Shown here: in pieces, positions 63,494-64,000 of the stretch
Layout of the letters: each line of letters starts with the position of its first letter
Position numbering within the stretch: the stretch's first letter is position 1
Assembly: GCA_947503275.1 (NCBI GenBank)
Contig: CANNCZ010000002.1
Location: 452,733 to 516,732 of the forward strand
From: an uncultured Erythrobacter sp.
GTDB taxonomy: Bacteria > Pseudomonadota > Alphaproteobacteria > Sphingomonadales > Sphingomonadaceae
DNA length: 64,000 nt
Direction of reading: 5' to 3'
Notes under the pieces: generated by a model
Databases searched by the model: none
Told to the model about the DNA's origin: nothing
What the model saw: only the letters and a program-made list of their open reading frames with translations
Program-made: the position numbers and the translations under genes

Positions 63494-64000
63494 GTGTTCA
63501 AGACCAACCTGATCGAAACTGCAGCAAAATTCCGCAGCGCGGAGGATGATCCCACGCGCAACCTTTCGTCCTGTCCCGCGCTGGTGCTGAACGCGGATTA
63601 CACTCCGCTATCCTATTACCCACTCAGCTTGTGGCCATGGCAAACCGCGATCAAGGCGGTTTTCCTAGACCGGGTGGATATTGTCGAAAGCTATGAGCGC
63701 GAAGTCCATTCGCCCAGCCTCGACATGAAAATCCCCAGCGTCATCGCGCTCAGGCAATATGTGAAGCAGAGCGAGTTTCCCGCGTTCACGCGCTTCAACG
63801 TGTTCCTGCGCGACCGCTTTCAGTGCCAATATTGCGGCAATCCCGAACACTTGACTTTCGACCACGTCATCCCGCGCCGTTTGGGCGGCAAGACCACATG
63901 GGAGAACATCATCACGGCCTGCGCACCGTGCAACATGAAGAAGGGCGGACGAACGCCTAAACAGGCGCATATGCCGGTCATGATGAAGCCAATCAGGCCG
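63494..64000 (+). CDS. HNH endonuclease (3' end beyond the window)
   Basis: GGAGGA lies 9 nt before the GTG at 63494. The frame is open to nt 64000. The product contains CQYCG...FDHVIPRRLGG...WENIITACAPCN (the HNH/CxxC pair). Confidence 0.8.
   Translation, partial: MFKTNLIETAAKFRSAEDDPTRNLSSCPALVLNADYTPLSYYPLSLWPWQTAIKAVFLDRVDIVESYEREVHSPSLDMKIPSVIALRQYVKQSEFPAFTRFNVFLRDRFQCQYCGNPEHLTFDHVIPRRLGGKTTWENIITACAPCNMKKGGRTPKQAHMPVMMKPIRP

Overview
This is a 64-kb chromosomal core segment of a moderately high-GC alphaproteobacterium. The gene content looks Sphingomonadales/Erythrobacteraceae-like (CtrA, DUF4167, a twin-TM HIG1-like protein, a basic RpoB N-terminus). Coding density is about 90%, and nearly every long ORF has a recognisable product. 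Recognisable genes:
- Translation, transcription and replication: rpoB-rpoC, rplJ-rplL, polA, mutS, hisS-prfA-prmC, gltX, gluQ, trmB, lptB-rpoN, ctrA.
- Chaperones and metabolism: groES-groEL, metK, lnt, ppa, maeB, a pyk 3' end, scoA/scoB plus a family-III CoA-transferase, 3-hydroxybutyryl-CoA dehydrogenase, and a PduO-type adenosyltransferase.
- Transport: two MscS-family channels and a MATE exporter.

By eye I found no rRNA, tRNA, CRISPR array, transposase, integrase or prophage gene. There is no obvious defence island.

The non-routine content, most interesting first:
1. The conserved rplJL-rpoBC array is broken. rpoBC lies head-to-head with rplJL across a 3.2-kb insert. The insert carries a eukaryote-type PRMT-like methyltransferase and a three-cistron operon (an unlisted 46-codon signal-peptide ORF, a DUF2975 membrane protein, a YozG-type HTH).
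2. A stand-alone archaeal/eukaryotic-type Cdc48/VAT double-ring AAA+ ATPase.
3. An AT-rich 517-bp gap holding an orphan minus-strand intrinsic terminator preceded by a CCUCUCCC motif, which makes it a candidate sRNA.
4. A perfect 20+20-bp palindrome that appears to overlie the promoter of a GbsR/MarR-like regulator, with a related site in front of the next gene.
5. A lipoprotein with a HAD-phosphatase-like C-terminus wedged between scoA and scoB.
6. Predicted Tat-exported versions of DUF305-LVIVD and DUF917 proteins.

All family assignments come from reading motifs in the translations. No database search, HMM, covariance model or folding program was run. Start codons are my best choice from RBS and N-terminal context.
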